A stretch of 41,346 nt of DNA, from UHGV virus genome UHGV-0007810; one strand, 5' to 3'. The notes beneath the pieces were generated by a model. It searched no databases, was not told the origin of the DNA, and saw only the letters and a program-made list of their open reading frames with translations. The stretch's first letter is position 1. Each line of letters starts with the position of its first letter. The translations under genes were made by a program, and so were the position numbers. Of the stretch, positions 17,487 through 28,084 are shown piece after piece. The stretch is from a virus.

Positions 17487-18473
17487 ATGGCTGTTAAAGG
17501 CTTAACTGCGCTAACGCTGGCTGACTGGGGTAAGCGCGTCGATCCAAACGGGAAAGTCGATAAGATTATCGAGCTTCTCGGTCAAACTAACCCGATCCTT
17601 CAGGATATGCCTTTTGTCGAAGGGAACCTTCCTACCGGACACCGAACCACCATTCGTTCTGGTTTACCTTCAGCTACCTGGCGTTTGCTGAACTATGGCG
17701 TACAGCCAAGCAAATCAACCACAGTGCAGGTAACCGATTCCGTGGGCATGCTGGAAACCTATGCTGAAGTCGATAAGTCACTGGCTGATCTGAACGGCAA
17801 TACCGCCGAATTCCGCCTGTCTGAAGACCGCGCATTTATTGAAGCGATGAATCAGCAGATGGCGCAGACGCTGTTTTATGGTGATTCCAGCGTTAACCCT
17901 CAGCAGTTTATGGGACTGTCCTCCCGCTATTCCAGCCTGTCTGCGGGTAATGCTCAGAACATCATTGATGCTGGTGGCACGGGTACAGATAACACCTCAA
18001 TCTGGTTAGTGGTGTGGGGCGAAAACACCGTGCATGGCATCTTCCCGAAAGGACAGAAGGCTGGCATCCAGATGGAAGATAAAGGCCAGGTGACACTGGA
18101 AGATGCTAATGGCGGCAAGTACGAAGGCTATCGCACCCATTATAAATGGGATAACGGACTTGCTCTGCGTGACTGGCGTTATGTTGTTCGCATTGCAAAC
18201 ATCGATGTCAGCAATCTTTCAGAACCTTCCTCTGCCGCAAATATTGCGAAGTTGATGGTTAAAGCACTGCATCGCATTCCAAACCGTGGCATGGGCCGCC
18301 CGGTGTTCTACATGAACCGCACTGTAGGCCAGGCTCTTGATCTGCAATCTCTGGAGAAAACATCTCTGGCGATCAGCGTAAAAGAGACAGAAGGCGAGTG
18401 GTGGACTTCATTCCGTGGTGTACCAATCCGTGAAACTGATGCGCTTCTGGAAACAGAAGCCCGCGTGGTGTAA
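17487..18473 (+). CDS. Major capsid protein
   Basis: About 328 aa immediately after the scaffold; GAGAGGAA Shine-Dalgarno; followed by a hairpin and small head genes. Confidence 0.7.
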   Translation: MAVKGLTALTLADWGKRVDPNGKVDKIIELLGQTNPILQDMPFVEGNLPTGHRTTIRSGLPSATWRLLNYGVQPSKSTTVQVTDSVGMLETYAEVDKSLADLNGNTAEFRLSEDRAFIEAMNQQMAQTLFYGDSSVNPQQFMGLSSRYSSLSAGNAQNIIDAGGTGTDNTSIWLVVWGENTVHGIFPKGQKAGIQMEDKGQVTLEDANGGKYEGYRTHYKWDNGLALRDWRYVVRIANIDVSNLSEPSSAANIAKLMVKALHRIPNRGMGRPVFYMNRTVGQALDLQSLEKTSLAISVKETEGEWWTSFRGVPIRETDALLETEARVV

Positions 18474-18489
18474 CGCCTGTTATTAACCT

Positions 18490-18509
18490 GTGGGTCGTAA
18501 CAGACCCAC
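18490..18509 (+). other. Stem-loop between the capsid gene and the next gene (no T-run)
   Basis: GTGGGTC-GTAACA-GACCCAC; possible RNA stability or processing element. Confidence 0.3.
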
Positions 18510-18524
18510 TAATGGAGAAAGAAG

Positions 18525-18962
18525 ATGATCACCGACAAACTGTTGATGTTCTCCGAAGCTCAGGCGGTTACGAATACCGCGGCTTCTACTGACGTAATCG
18601 ATCTCGGTCCAATTGACGGAAAACGTCGTGATATCGGCGTGGGTTACCCGCTTGAGTTTTGGGCGCTGGTTAACACAGCCGCCGCGGCAAGCGGTGATGC
18701 AACTGTAAACATCCAGTTGCAGACGAGTGAGAATAACAGCTCATGGACCACTATTTATGATAGTGGCGCACTGGCAAAGACCGCCCTGACAGCAGGTAAA
18801 CGAGTTGTTTCTGCAAAGGTGCCTGCCGGTGTTCAGCGATATCTGCGTGTTAACTACTCCGTCGCAACTGGCCCACTAACGGCTGGCGAATTCACTGCTG
18901 GTATCAGTCTTGATGTTGATGCCAATACGCCGTATCCGATCCGCTCAAAAGTAACTGGTTAA
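18525..18962 (+). CDS. Head protein (possible capsid decoration protein)
   Basis: 145 aa, Ala/Thr/Gly-rich; position directly after the major capsid. Confidence 0.45.
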   Translation: MITDKLLMFSEAQAVTNTAASTDVIDLGPIDGKRRDIGVGYPLEFWALVNTAAAASGDATVNIQLQTSENNSSWTTIYDSGALAKTALTAGKRVVSAKVPAGVQRYLRVNYSVATGPLTAGEFTAGISLDVDANTPYPIRSKVTG

Positions 18963-18972
18963 GGTGATATCG

Positions 18973-19308
18973 ATGTCAGGTGAGAAACCAAGATACCGCG
19001 TTCTGCGCCTCTCTCATATCCATAACACTCTGTGGCCGGAGGGGGCAGAAATCGAATACGAAGGTGAGCCTGGTAGCGCACTGGAACCTGTTAACGATGC
19101 AGCCAGACAGGCAAAAGCAAAGGTAGCAGGAAAGGTGTCTATGGCAGCAACCAGCACCAAAATCATCAACGATGTGTCAGATGATGGTGAACTGGATAAG
19201 CTCCGTGAAGAGTACGAATTGCTCTTTAACGAGAAGCCACACCATAACGCTAAAGCCGAAACGCTCCGCGAGAAGATCGCAGATAAGCGTAAAGAACTGG
19301 GCGTGTAA
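18973..19308 (+). CDS. Hypothetical virion-module protein
   Basis: About 111 aa from ATG 18973 (AAGGTGA upstream). Confidence 0.5.
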   Translation: MSGEKPRYRVLRLSHIHNTLWPEGAEIEYEGEPGSALEPVNDAARQAKAKVAGKVSMAATSTKIINDVSDDGELDKLREEYELLFNEKPHHNAKAETLREKIADKRKELGV

Positions 19309-19326
19309 GCCTCGCGAATCCGACAA

Positions 19327-19346
19327 GGGGCTTCGGCCCCTTTATT
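19327..19346 (+). terminator. Rho-independent terminator after the head gene block
   Basis: GGGGC-TTCG-GCCCC followed by TTTATT. Confidence 0.65.
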
Positions 19347-19358
19347 GCAGGAGTGTAT

Positions 19359-19682
19359 ATGGAACTCGTAAACCTCAAAACCGGCACTGACAGCTACCAG
19401 GATGAGAGCGGAGAAACCAGAACTCGCGATGAATACCCGTGGGGGCTGTGCATCACTCTTAATAACGACACATTGAATAAGCTGAAGGCGCAACCTCAGG
19501 GCGTCGGAACAGAAGTGATGATAACTGCAAAGGCTGTTATTCGAGGCCTATCTGCCAGAGAAACTGACGATGGTGTTAATCGCAGCGCCGATCTGCAGAT
19601 CACTGATATGGCGATCGCTCCTGTTTCCGGGGATGTAGAAAAATCAGCGGCTGAAACCCTGTACGGCAATGGGGGTGAGTAA
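19359..19682 (+). CDS. Hypothetical virion-module protein
   Basis: About 107 aa; AGGAG Shine-Dalgarno 6 nt upstream of ATG 19359. Confidence 0.5.
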   Translation: MELVNLKTGTDSYQDESGETRTRDEYPWGLCITLNNDTLNKLKAQPQGVGTEVMITAKAVIRGLSARETDDGVNRSADLQITDMAIAPVSGDVEKSAAETLYGNGGE

Positions 19683-20287
19683 TGGCCTCTGTAGTAGAGA
19701 TCTGCAATCGTGCGCTGTCCAATATTGGCAATAGCCGCAGCATTAACAGCCTGACGGAAGCCAGTAAGGAAGCGGGGGAATGTTCGCTGCACTTTGAGGC
19801 CTGCCGTGATGCTGTGCTTTCTGATTTTGACTGGAACTTTGCTACCAAACGCGTGGCGCTTGCAGATACGAGCAATCCACCGCCTGACTGGGAATATGCG
19901 TATCAGTACCCGTCAGATTGTCTGCGCATTACTGAAATTATGCTTCCTGGTGTACGCAATCCAACAGCAGCAATGCGCGTTCAGTACGAAGTTGGTGCAG
20001 ACACCAACGGAACAGGAAAGTTGATCTACACAGACCAGCCTCAGGCATGGCTCAAGTATGTCTCTCGCGTTACAGATGTAAACATGTTTGATGCCATTTT
20101 TATGGAGGCGCTGGCCTGGCGTCTTGCGGCAGCCATTAACATGGCGCTGACTGGGAATGCGGATCTCGGTACATTTGCTCTCAATATGTACAATCGCGTG
20201 ATTCTTAGTGCTGGCTCGCATAGCCAGAATGAATCACAGGAACCACAGCCACCGGTTGATGAGTTTACCATTGCGAGGTTGTCCTGA
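19682..20287 (+). CDS. Tail tube / adaptor protein (T7 gp11-position)
   Basis: 201 aa; ATG overlaps the upstream stop; assignment by position and size only. Confidence 0.45.
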   Translation: MASVVEICNRALSNIGNSRSINSLTEASKEAGECSLHFEACRDAVLSDFDWNFATKRVALADTSNPPPDWEYAYQYPSDCLRITEIMLPGVRNPTAAMRVQYEVGADTNGTGKLIYTDQPQAWLKYVSRVTDVNMFDAIFMEALAWRLAAAINMALTGNADLGTFALNMYNRVILSAGSHSQNESQEPQPPVDEFTIARLS

Positions 20288-22758
20288 TGGCTATCAGTTG
20301 GATCCAGCCCAGCTTTGCCGGTGGTGAGATTGGACCGTCGTTGTACGGGCGTATTGACATGGCGAAGTACCAGGTGGCATTGCGCAAGTGCGATAACTTT
20401 ATCGTGCGGCAGTATGGCGGCGTTGAGAATCGACCTGGTACGCGTTTTGTCGGTGCCGCCAAATACCCAAATCGGAAATGCCGTCTGATCCCGTTCCAGT
20501 TCTCGACGGTTCAGACCTATGCTCTGGAGTTCGGACACCTGTACATGCGCGTTATCAAAGATGGTGCGTTGGTGCTGAACAGCAGCAATGTTATTTATGA
20601 AATTGCCACGCCATATACTGAAGCCGATCTGTTCCGAATTAAATTCACGCAAAGCGCCGACGTGCTTACGCTGGTTCATCCGGCATACCCGCCGAAAGAG
20701 TTGCGTCGCTATGCGCATGACAACTGGCAACTGGTTGATGTGGTAACGAAGAACGGGCCATTTGAAGATATCAATATTGACGAGTCAGTGACGGTTTATG
20801 CCAGCGCCAGCACCGGGACAATTACGTTAACGGCAAGCGCCTCTATTTTTGGCGCGGAGCAGGTAGGCAAATTGTTCTATCTGGAACAGCCTGCAGTGGA
20901 TTCTGTGCCGGTATGGGAAACCAGTAAGAGTACGTCGATTGGCGATATTCGCCGTGCAGACAGTAACTACTATCGCGCCGTTACAGCAGGCAAAACAGGT
21001 ACTTTGCGCCCTTCGCATACAGAAGGCACATCATGGGATGGCTGGGGCGGATCCGGTGATGATGATACCGGCATTGAGTGGGAGTATCTGCACAGTGGTT
21101 TTGGCATTGCCCGTATCTCTGCTGCAAATGGAACTACTGCAACTGCCGAGGTGATTTCCTATATCCCTTCGCAGGTAGTTGGCGAGGATAATGCCAGCTA
21201 TAAATGGGCTAAATATGCCTGGAACAGTATTAACGGTTATCCTGGCACTGTTGTTTATTATCAACAACGCCTTTACTTCGCCGCATCGACTGCGTTCCCT
21301 CAGACTATCTGGGCCAGCCGTACCGGGGATTATAAGGATTTTGGCAAAAGCAATCCTACGCAGGATGACGACAGAATTATCTACACCTATGCCGGGCGTC
21401 AGGTTAATGAGATCCGTCACCTGATTGATGTTGGTTCGCTGGTGGCGCTGACTTCCGGAGGTGAGTACGTCATCACTGGCGACCAGAACAAAGTGCTTAC
21501 CCCATCATCATTTGCATTCAGCTCTCAGGGATCAAATGGCTCGAGCAATGTCCCACCAATTGCCGTGGCGAATATTGCTCTGTTCGTCCAGGAGAAAGGC
21601 AGTGTTGTCCGTGATCTGGCCTACTCATTCGATGTTGACGGCTATCAGGGGAACGACCTGACCATCCTTGCCAATCATCTTTTTCAGAAGCACAGCATTG
21701 TTGACTGGTGCTTCTCGATTGTCCCTTACTCCAGCGCCTTCTGCATTCGTGATGACGGTAAATTACTGGTGATGACCTATTTGCGTGATCAGCAGGTTTT
21801 TGCATGGGCACCACAATCCAGTACCGGAAAATATGAAAGTACATGCAGTATCAGCGAAGGCAATGAAGATGCGGTGTATTTCGTCGTTAACCGAACCGTT
21901 AACGGGCAAACAGTGAGATACATCGAGCGACTGTCCAGCCGTTTATTTACCAGCGATGAAGATGCTTTCTTTGTTGATTCTGGCCTTAGCTATGATGGAA
22001 GAAATACGTCTGACAGAACGATGATCATCACTGGTGGTTCTGGCGAATGGGATTACCGCGCGGAATATACAATCAGTGTTTCTGGTGGTGCGTACTTCAC
22101 CAGTAGTGATGTCGGTGCTCAACTACAGTTCCCTTATACCGGAACTGTTCCTGATACTGGCGATGAAGTGTCAAAAGAATTACGTTGCGACATCATTTCT
22201 GTAACCAGCAATACCGCTGTAGTGGTTCGTGCTAACAGGAACGTCCCGCCATCCCTCAGGAATGTGGCCACCACGAACTGGCAGATGGCGCGCCGGACAT
22301 TTGGAGGCCTGTCTCATCTTGAAGGCCAGACCGTAAACATTCTCTCTGATGCGAACGTGGAACCACAGAAAGTAGTTTCCGGAGGTGCCGTCACGCTGGA
22401 ATCTCCGGGGGCTGTAGTGCACATCGGCCTGCCAATAACTGCTGAATTCGAAACACTGGATATCAACATTCACGGACAGGAAACGCTGCTGGACAAAAAA
22501 CAGGTGATCCCATCCGTTACTCTGGTTGTGAATGCCAGTCGCGGCATCTGGGCGACTACGCCTGGCGGTAAATGGTACGAATATCCACAGCGTGAATTCG
22601 AGTTCTACGATGATCCTGTTGATGATGCTACCGGAAAAGTAGAAGTGAAACTGGACAGTAACTGGGGCAAAAACGGACGTGTAAGAATCCGTCAGCTTGA
22701 CCCGTTGCCGCTGTCTGTTCTTGCCGTTATTCCTCGCCTTACTGTTGGGGGATTCTGA
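20287..22758 (+). CDS. Large tail tube / nozzle-like structural protein (T7 gp12-position)
   Basis: 823 aa; translationally coupled to flanking genes; assignment by position and size only. Confidence 0.5.
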   Translation: MAISWIQPSFAGGEIGPSLYGRIDMAKYQVALRKCDNFIVRQYGGVENRPGTRFVGAAKYPNRKCRLIPFQFSTVQTYALEFGHLYMRVIKDGALVLNSSNVIYEIATPYTEADLFRIKFTQSADVLTLVHPAYPPKELRRYAHDNWQLVDVVTKNGPFEDINIDESVTVYASASTGTITLTASASIFGAEQVGKLFYLEQPAVDSVPVWETSKSTSIGDIRRADSNYYRAVTAGKTGTLRPSHTEGTSWDGWGGSGDDDTGIEWEYLHSGFGIARISAANGTTATAEVISYIPSQVVGEDNASYKWAKYAWNSINGYPGTVVYYQQRLYFAASTAFPQTIWASRTGDYKDFGKSNPTQDDDRIIYTYAGRQVNEIRHLIDVGSLVALTSGGEYVITGDQNKVLTPSSFAFSSQGSNGSSNVPPIAVANIALFVQEKGSVVRDLAYSFDVDGYQGNDLTILANHLFQKHSIVDWCFSIVPYSSAFCIRDDGKLLVMTYLRDQQVFAWAPQSSTGKYESTCSISEGNEDAVYFVVNRTVNGQTVRYIERLSSRLFTSDEDAFFVDSGLSYDGRNTSDRTMIITGGSGEWDYRAEYTISVSGGAYFTSSDVGAQLQFPYTGTVPDTGDEVSKELRCDIISVTSNTAVVVRANRNVPPSLRNVATTNWQMARRTFGGLSHLEGQTVNILSDANVEPQKVVSGGAVTLESPGAVVHIGLPITAEFETLDINIHGQETLLDKKQVIPSVTLVVNASRGIWATTPGGKWYEYPQREFEFYDDPVDDATGKVEVKLDSNWGKNGRVRIRQLDPLPLSVLAVIPRLTVGGF

Positions 22759-23222
22759 TGATCGACGTTCAAATTATTCCCGCTACAGAAGAGCATCTTC
22801 AGATGATTTTGCCGGATGTTCGTCAGGCTGATATTGACGAACTGTATGCGGTATCGCTGATGACTACCGAAGATGCGCTGCGTGTTGGTCTTCGCACTGC
22901 GACTATGGCCTGGTCAGGATTTGCGAACGGAGAACTGGTAACCATGTTTGGCGTATCTCCGGCGTCAATGATCGGTGGCAATGGTACGCCCTGGCTGGTA
23001 GGAACCAGCCGTATTGAAAAATATCAGAAGACATTTCTTCGCCACTGCCGCCCTGTATTGCAGCAGATGCTGGCAGTTTATCCGCGCCTGGAAAACTACG
23101 TCGACGAGCGAAATCATGTTGCCAAAGCATGGCTGCACTGGCTTGGATTCAGGCTTGAAGAAGCCGCGCCTTATGGTGCTCTTGGTCTTAATTTCCACAG
23201 ATTTCACATGGAGAGAAAATAA
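22758..23222 (+). CDS. Hypothetical virion protein
   Basis: 154 aa; overlapping start/stop with its neighbours. Confidence 0.5.
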   Translation: MIDVQIIPATEEHLQMILPDVRQADIDELYAVSLMTTEDALRVGLRTATMAWSGFANGELVTMFGVSPASMIGGNGTPWLVGTSRIEKYQKTFLRHCRPVLQQMLAVYPRLENYVDERNHVAKAWLHWLGFRLEEAAPYGALGLNFHRFHMERK

Positions 23223-23767
23223 TGTGCGATCCGGTTATTGCTGGTGGCGCAATGCTCGCCATGAGTGGCATTCAGGCATACACCCAGTACCAACAGGGAA
23301 AGTATGCCTCGAAGGTTGCAGAAGCGAACGCAGATATAGCCACTGCTCAGGCAAATGATGCAATAAACAGAGGTAACGCTGAAGCTGAGCAACGGCGCAG
23401 AGAGACCCGACAGCGGCTTGGTACACAGGCGGCGACAATGGGGGCTACCGGCGCTGATTTATCTACAGGTAACGCGCTGGATATATTTGACGACACTGCC
23501 CAGTTTGGCGCTCTTGATTCGCTGACGACGGTGAATAACGCGCAACGCGAGGCTTACGGTTATCAGGTTCAGGCTGCCAACTATAAAGCAGAAGCCAGTT
23601 CAGCCCGTAAACAGGGGAATGTGGGAGCAGCAACAACATTGCTCACTGCGCCTCTGAAGGCATACGGTGCGTACCAGATGTTTGGTGGGACGTGGAGTCC
23701 GTTTACTCAAAGCACTCCTGCGCCAATCGGGGCAGCAGCAGGAACCAGATTACCCGGAGGATTATAA
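23222..23767 (+). CDS. Internal virion / ejection protein (T7 gp14-like)
   Basis: 181 aa; N-terminus MCDPVIAGGAMLAMSGIQAY resembles the T7 gp14 N-terminus as recalled; Ala/Gln-rich. Confidence 0.55.
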   Translation: MCDPVIAGGAMLAMSGIQAYTQYQQGKYASKVAEANADIATAQANDAINRGNAEAEQRRRETRQRLGTQAATMGATGADLSTGNALDIFDDTAQFGALDSLTTVNNAQREAYGYQVQAANYKAEASSARKQGNVGAATTLLTAPLKAYGAYQMFGGTWSPFTQSTPAPIGAAAGTRLPGGL

Positions 23768-26280
23768 TGCCAGTCGTACCAACAGTATCCGGACGTCAGG
23801 TTGAGAGCCGTGGAGTTCAGTCAGCAGGCTTGCAGACGTTTTCTCAGCCAGGTATTGGTGATGCTTTTGTTCTGGCAGGGGCAGAGACTATTGATGTTTT
23901 TGGTCAGGCAAAACAGCGTGCCAATATCGCTCTGGCTCAGGAGGCATCTCTTAACCTCAGTCAGATAAGCAGCGATCTGCTGAATAACCCTGAAACAGGG
24001 TTGCTTAACCTGAAAGGGAAAAATGCTATTGGAAAAGGCCATGAGTATACGCAGCAGTTTGATGCTCAGGTCGAACAACTGGCTATGTCGCTGCCGGATG
24101 AACAGGCTCGTAATACTTTCATGCAGCAGGCGCAGCAGCAGCGCATTCAGTTCACTACGCAGGCCGGGCGGCACGAGATAGGGCAAATAAACGCCTACGA
24201 AGAAGGCCAGTTTCAGGCTACGCTGCTGAACAATGGTAAAAATGCCGCAGCATTGTATGGCGACAACGCCGCATACGTATTGGCTAATAAGCAAACTTTC
24301 CAGCAAATTGAGGATTACGGCATTGCGCATGGCTGGAGCGACGAGCAAATCCAGGCCAAGAAAGTCGAGTTTAAAGAGAAGGTTGCTGATGCCGCATTGT
24401 CCCAGTGGTCGGCAAACAATGCGACCGCATTCATCCAAAGTAATGGCGAGTTAAGTGATACTGCTGCTGGAGCTCGCCGTGCTGTAGCAGATAGTGACTC
24501 TTCCGAGCGTGCCCGTGGCATACGCAACAATAACCCAGGAAATCTCGAATACAGCAAAACTAATCCGTGGGTAGGCCAGACCGGTGATGATGGTCGATTT
24601 GCTAAATTCGAAACACCTGAACACGGGATTCGTGCATTAGGGCGAAACCTGATGTCGTATCAGAGGCAGGGTATTGATACCGTCAGCGAGATAATTAATC
24701 GCTGGGCACCGCCTACTGATAAAAATGACACTATGTCGTATATCAAAGCAGTGTGCGAACAACTTGGCGTTTCTGCTGATGAGCCTCTCGATGCATCTAA
24801 TCCTGATACCCTGAAGGCGCTTTGTGCAGCCATTATCCATCATGAGAACGGTAGCCAGCCATACAGTGATCAGCAGTTAACTGCTGGTGTCAGTGCAGCA
24901 CTTGGTTTATCAACAATTCCAACCAACACCAAACGCTATACCGGTAATGCAGCATTCGATGCGGCATCTCCTGAGGCGCAGGCAAGTTTTATGCGACAGG
25001 CGGATCAACTGCGTCGGCAGCAGCAGGCTGAATATAAAACGATGATTGACAGCCAGGTTCGCGATGCGACAGCTGCGTATATGCGTGGCGTTGAATTTCC
25101 TAACCCACCTGGTGAGGCTGATTTTATTGCAGCTTATGGAGTCAGAGAAGGAAACCTGCGATATACCGAGTTCAGAAATACGCAAATCGCCGGACAGTAT
25201 ATAGGCTCTTTCCGCAACATGCCGACAAGCAGCATTACAGCATATGTTGAGCAATTACGCCCGGATACTGGTGAGACAGGGGAGGGTTATGCGGCACGAG
25301 CCGCTCTTTATGACAACGTTGTGTCGGCTGCAAGTCAGGTGATAAAGCAGCGACAGGCTGATCCTGTACAGTTCTCTCTTGCCGCCGGACAGGCAAAGCC
25401 TATCGACATGAGCAATAAGGATAACTTTGGACAGAGCGTTGCCTTGCGTGCTGCTCAGGTCAGTGACCTTGCTAAGTCATATGGCACTCCACTGACGTTC
25501 TTTTCCAAAGACGAGGCCAATCAGATCGGTGTTTTCTTTCGTGATGCGCCCGTTTCCCAACAGGCAGCATATCTCGATACCATCAGGCAGAGCACTGGTG
25601 GTGGGCAGGTGTATATGTCAGCACTACAGCAGATCAGTGCCAACGCTCCATCTGCTGCCGTTGCCGGGATACTGATGGATAAGCCAGGTGGTATTTTGGC
25701 AGAAAAAAACTGGTTTAATCCGGATGTTTCCGTGTCTCCTGAAACCGCTGCGCAGACAATTCTTGCTGGCGCGGCGGCTCGTAAAGGTACTGATGACGCG
25801 AAAGGTATTCCGATGCCTAAAGATGCTGATCTCCGCCTTGAGTTTTCTGACATGGTGAAGGATGCATTTGCTGGTGATGCTCAGGGGGCATCAATGGCAT
25901 ACGAGATCGCAAAGGACTATTACGCAGGTGTGATGGCGAAAAAAGGCGTGGTATCAGGCGAAATTGACAATGATATCTGGAAACAGGCTGTTAACGTAGC
26001 TACAGGTGGCGTGCATGACTATAACGGAATGGGGAATGTTCTTTTGCCGTGGGGAATGTCTGCAGAGCAATTCGATAAGCAGGTTAATCAGGCTTGGAAT
26101 GAACAAGTTGTTGGCACAGGGATAAAAACACCGCCTGGTCAGTATGGTTTGCAAAGTTACGGCGATAGTCAGTACCTGGTGAAACTTGGTACTGGTTATC
26201 TGCTAAAAGATGATGGTTCTCCCGTTGTTCTTGATCTGACACAGAAGCGTCAGAGATTCTCCGGAGATATTCCGCAATGA
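23767..26280 (+). CDS. Internal virion / ejection protein with a conserved-looking central block
   Basis: About 837 aa from ATG 23767 (TAATG overlap; the ORF-track start 23692 overlaps the previous gene); central motif RGIRNNNPGNLEY...WVGQTGDDGRFAKF. Confidence 0.6.
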   Translation: MPVVPTVSGRQVESRGVQSAGLQTFSQPGIGDAFVLAGAETIDVFGQAKQRANIALAQEASLNLSQISSDLLNNPETGLLNLKGKNAIGKGHEYTQQFDAQVEQLAMSLPDEQARNTFMQQAQQQRIQFTTQAGRHEIGQINAYEEGQFQATLLNNGKNAAALYGDNAAYVLANKQTFQQIEDYGIAHGWSDEQIQAKKVEFKEKVADAALSQWSANNATAFIQSNGELSDTAAGARRAVADSDSSERARGIRNNNPGNLEYSKTNPWVGQTGDDGRFAKFETPEHGIRALGRNLMSYQRQGIDTVSEIINRWAPPTDKNDTMSYIKAVCEQLGVSADEPLDASNPDTLKALCAAIIHHENGSQPYSDQQLTAGVSAALGLSTIPTNTKRYTGNAAFDAASPEAQASFMRQADQLRRQQQAEYKTMIDSQVRDATAAYMRGVEFPNPPGEADFIAAYGVREGNLRYTEFRNTQIAGQYIGSFRNMPTSSITAYVEQLRPDTGETGEGYAARAALYDNVVSAASQVIKQRQADPVQFSLAAGQAKPIDMSNKDNFGQSVALRAAQVSDLAKSYGTPLTFFSKDEANQIGVFFRDAPVSQQAAYLDTIRQSTGGGQVYMSALQQISANAPSAAVAGILMDKPGGILAEKNWFNPDVSVSPETAAQTILAGAAARKGTDDAKGIPMPKDADLRLEFSDMVKDAFAGDAQGASMAYEIAKDYYAGVMAKKGVVSGEIDNDIWKQAVNVATGGVHDYNGMGNVLLPWGMSAEQFDKQVNQAWNEQVVGTGIKTPPGQYGLQSYGDSQYLVKLGTGYLLKDDGSPVVLDLTQKRQRFSGDIPQ

Positions 26281-28079
26281 GTTACTTTGGCCTTAATCCA
26301 GTAAACCAGAATCAGCAGCTTGACGAAGCAGCATCAAATCCAGCGGGCTTTAACAGCGATGTTGGTTTTTTCGACAATGCTGTAGGAGCGGCATTGTCTG
26401 GTTTGTACTCCGGGCTGGTGGCAAAGCCAGACCAGTTGCTATGGGCAGGAATGGATAAAATCGTATCCCCGATTGCTCAGTTTGTTAACGAAAACACCTC
26501 GTTCAATGATACTTCAGTTTCATACATTGCCGAGCAGAGAAAACTAGCAGAGCAGCAGGTTAAGCGGCTGACGCCTGATGCGGCGACAACCGGAACCGCC
26601 GGGCAGGTCCTTTATGGGTTGTTCGATATGGGCGGGCAGGCTGTTGTCGGTACAACGCTCGGTGGTCCGGTCGGAGGTGCTGCGGCGGTAACTTCGCTAC
26701 AGGGTTTTTCTGAGTTTGAACGGCTGACAGCACAGGGTGTTGATTTCAGGACGGCGCAGGAAGCGGGATTAGTGCAGGGTATTACTGCTGGTGCCGGAAC
26801 ACTGATCCCTATGAGCCTCGGGTTACGTGCTGGTGGTGCGCTGGCGGAAGGTGTGGCGGCTCAGCTTGCGCGGACGGGTGAAAGTTCAGTGCGACGCGCC
26901 GCAGCAACAGCAGTACGTGCAACGCCAGATATTGCCTATGCCGCAGGTACAAATATTGCGTTCGGTATGGCACAGCGTGGGCTTACTGCAAAAACGCTTC
27001 GTGATGGTGGCTATAGCGAAATGGCTAACCAGTATGATGTGTTGGATCGACAGGCAATTGCTATTGATGCTGTTCTTGGGGTGGCGTTTGGTGGTGTCGG
27101 CAGATTTATTAACTCTCGCGGCGAGTCTACAAACGCACCAAATTTTTCACCAGTTGATGTCGATGCTGCACTGGCGGCGAATGCCGCTCATCATGCTGAA
27201 ATTGATATTGCGCCCGGCGTGCCGATCAACGTGCTTTCGCGCAATTCTCACATTCAGGCTCTGCGAAAAGCTATGTCTGATGTTAGCCAGGGGAGACCTG
27301 TAGACGTTGCCAGCATTGTTGAGTCTGCATCTTTCAGTGAAATTCCTGGGCGCAAGAGTCTGCTGTCTCAGGCAGTTAATGAGGCTCTGTCATCTGTAGA
27401 TGATGGAGTAACGGCGCGCGCTATAGAAAATCGGTTGCTTGAAGAACAGGCCGCGCAGCTTTTGCCGCGTGGAGATAGACAGGTTTACCAGTCTGAAATC
27501 GCTAATAGCCAACGAATTATTGAAAATCTCACTAAACAGCGTGCACAAATTCTTGCAGAAGAGCCAACCGGTAGCGGTAAAGCTTTGTCTCGTGCTCGAT
27601 CAGATAAACAGGCCAGACTTCGCGATATTGACCAACGAATCCGGCAGGCACAAGAACGCCTGGAATTTTCCCGTAACGCGTTGGCACCGCATGAGCCTGG
27701 CGGTCAGTTTTTTGAAGCTCGAGCAGAACTGGCACGGAGACAGCAGGCTGAAAGTGAACTTAATGCTCAGGCTGTTTCATTCTATAAAACAGCAGAGGTC
27801 AGGACGCCAGACGAAGTAGCTCCTTTTGAGCCTGATAAAATATTGCAACAGGCAGAACAAAAAATGATGGCGGATCAGGCAGGAGATATTGATCTGCGCA
27901 TAGCTGAAGACTCGCTGCTTGAATCACCTGACATGATAATCACCGTGCTGGATGATGATGGTAATCCACAATCGCGCAGCGCGCGTGAAGTACTGGATGA
28001 AGCGAACAGGGAAAGTGAGCAGGCAATACAGGATTCCAGCCTGTTTGATGTCGCTGTGGCGTGTTTCTTGAGAGGTTAA
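26277..28079 (+). CDS. Internal virion / ejection protein
   Basis: 600 aa; ATGA overlap with the upstream gene; Ala/Gly-rich N-terminal half, coiled-coil C-terminal half. Confidence 0.55.
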   Translation: MSYFGLNPVNQNQQLDEAASNPAGFNSDVGFFDNAVGAALSGLYSGLVAKPDQLLWAGMDKIVSPIAQFVNENTSFNDTSVSYIAEQRKLAEQQVKRLTPDAATTGTAGQVLYGLFDMGGQAVVGTTLGGPVGGAAAVTSLQGFSEFERLTAQGVDFRTAQEAGLVQGITAGAGTLIPMSLGLRAGGALAEGVAAQLARTGESSVRRAAATAVRATPDIAYAAGTNIAFGMAQRGLTAKTLRDGGYSEMANQYDVLDRQAIAIDAVLGVAFGGVGRFINSRGESTNAPNFSPVDVDAALAANAAHHAEIDIAPGVPINVLSRNSHIQALRKAMSDVSQGRPVDVASIVESASFSEIPGRKSLLSQAVNEALSSVDDGVTARAIENRLLEEQAAQLLPRGDRQVYQSEIANSQRIIENLTKQRAQILAEEPTGSGKALSRARSDKQARLRDIDQRIRQAQERLEFSRNALAPHEPGGQFFEARAELARRQQAESELNAQAVSFYKTAEVRTPDEVAPFEPDKILQQAEQKMMADQAGDIDLRIAEDSLLESPDMIITVLDDDGNPQSRSAREVLDEANRESEQAIQDSSLFDVAVACFLRG

Positions 28080-28084
28080 ATTAA

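Noticed and set aside
16906-17487. 193-aa minus-strand ORF inside the scaffold gene
   Set aside because: Antisense to the scaffold gene, which sits in a translationally coupled block; considered spurious.
20041-20730. 229-aa minus-strand ORF spanning the junction of the two tube-protein genes
   Set aside because: Lies antisense to two translationally coupled structural genes; no start context; considered spurious.
23692-23766. N-terminal extension of the 862-aa ORF in the ORF track
   Set aside because: Overlaps the end of the gp14-like gene in another frame; the ATG at 23767 overlapping the upstream stop is the natural coupled start.
23821-24438. 205-aa minus-strand ORF inside the ejection-protein gene
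   Set aside because: Antisense shadow; no independent support.
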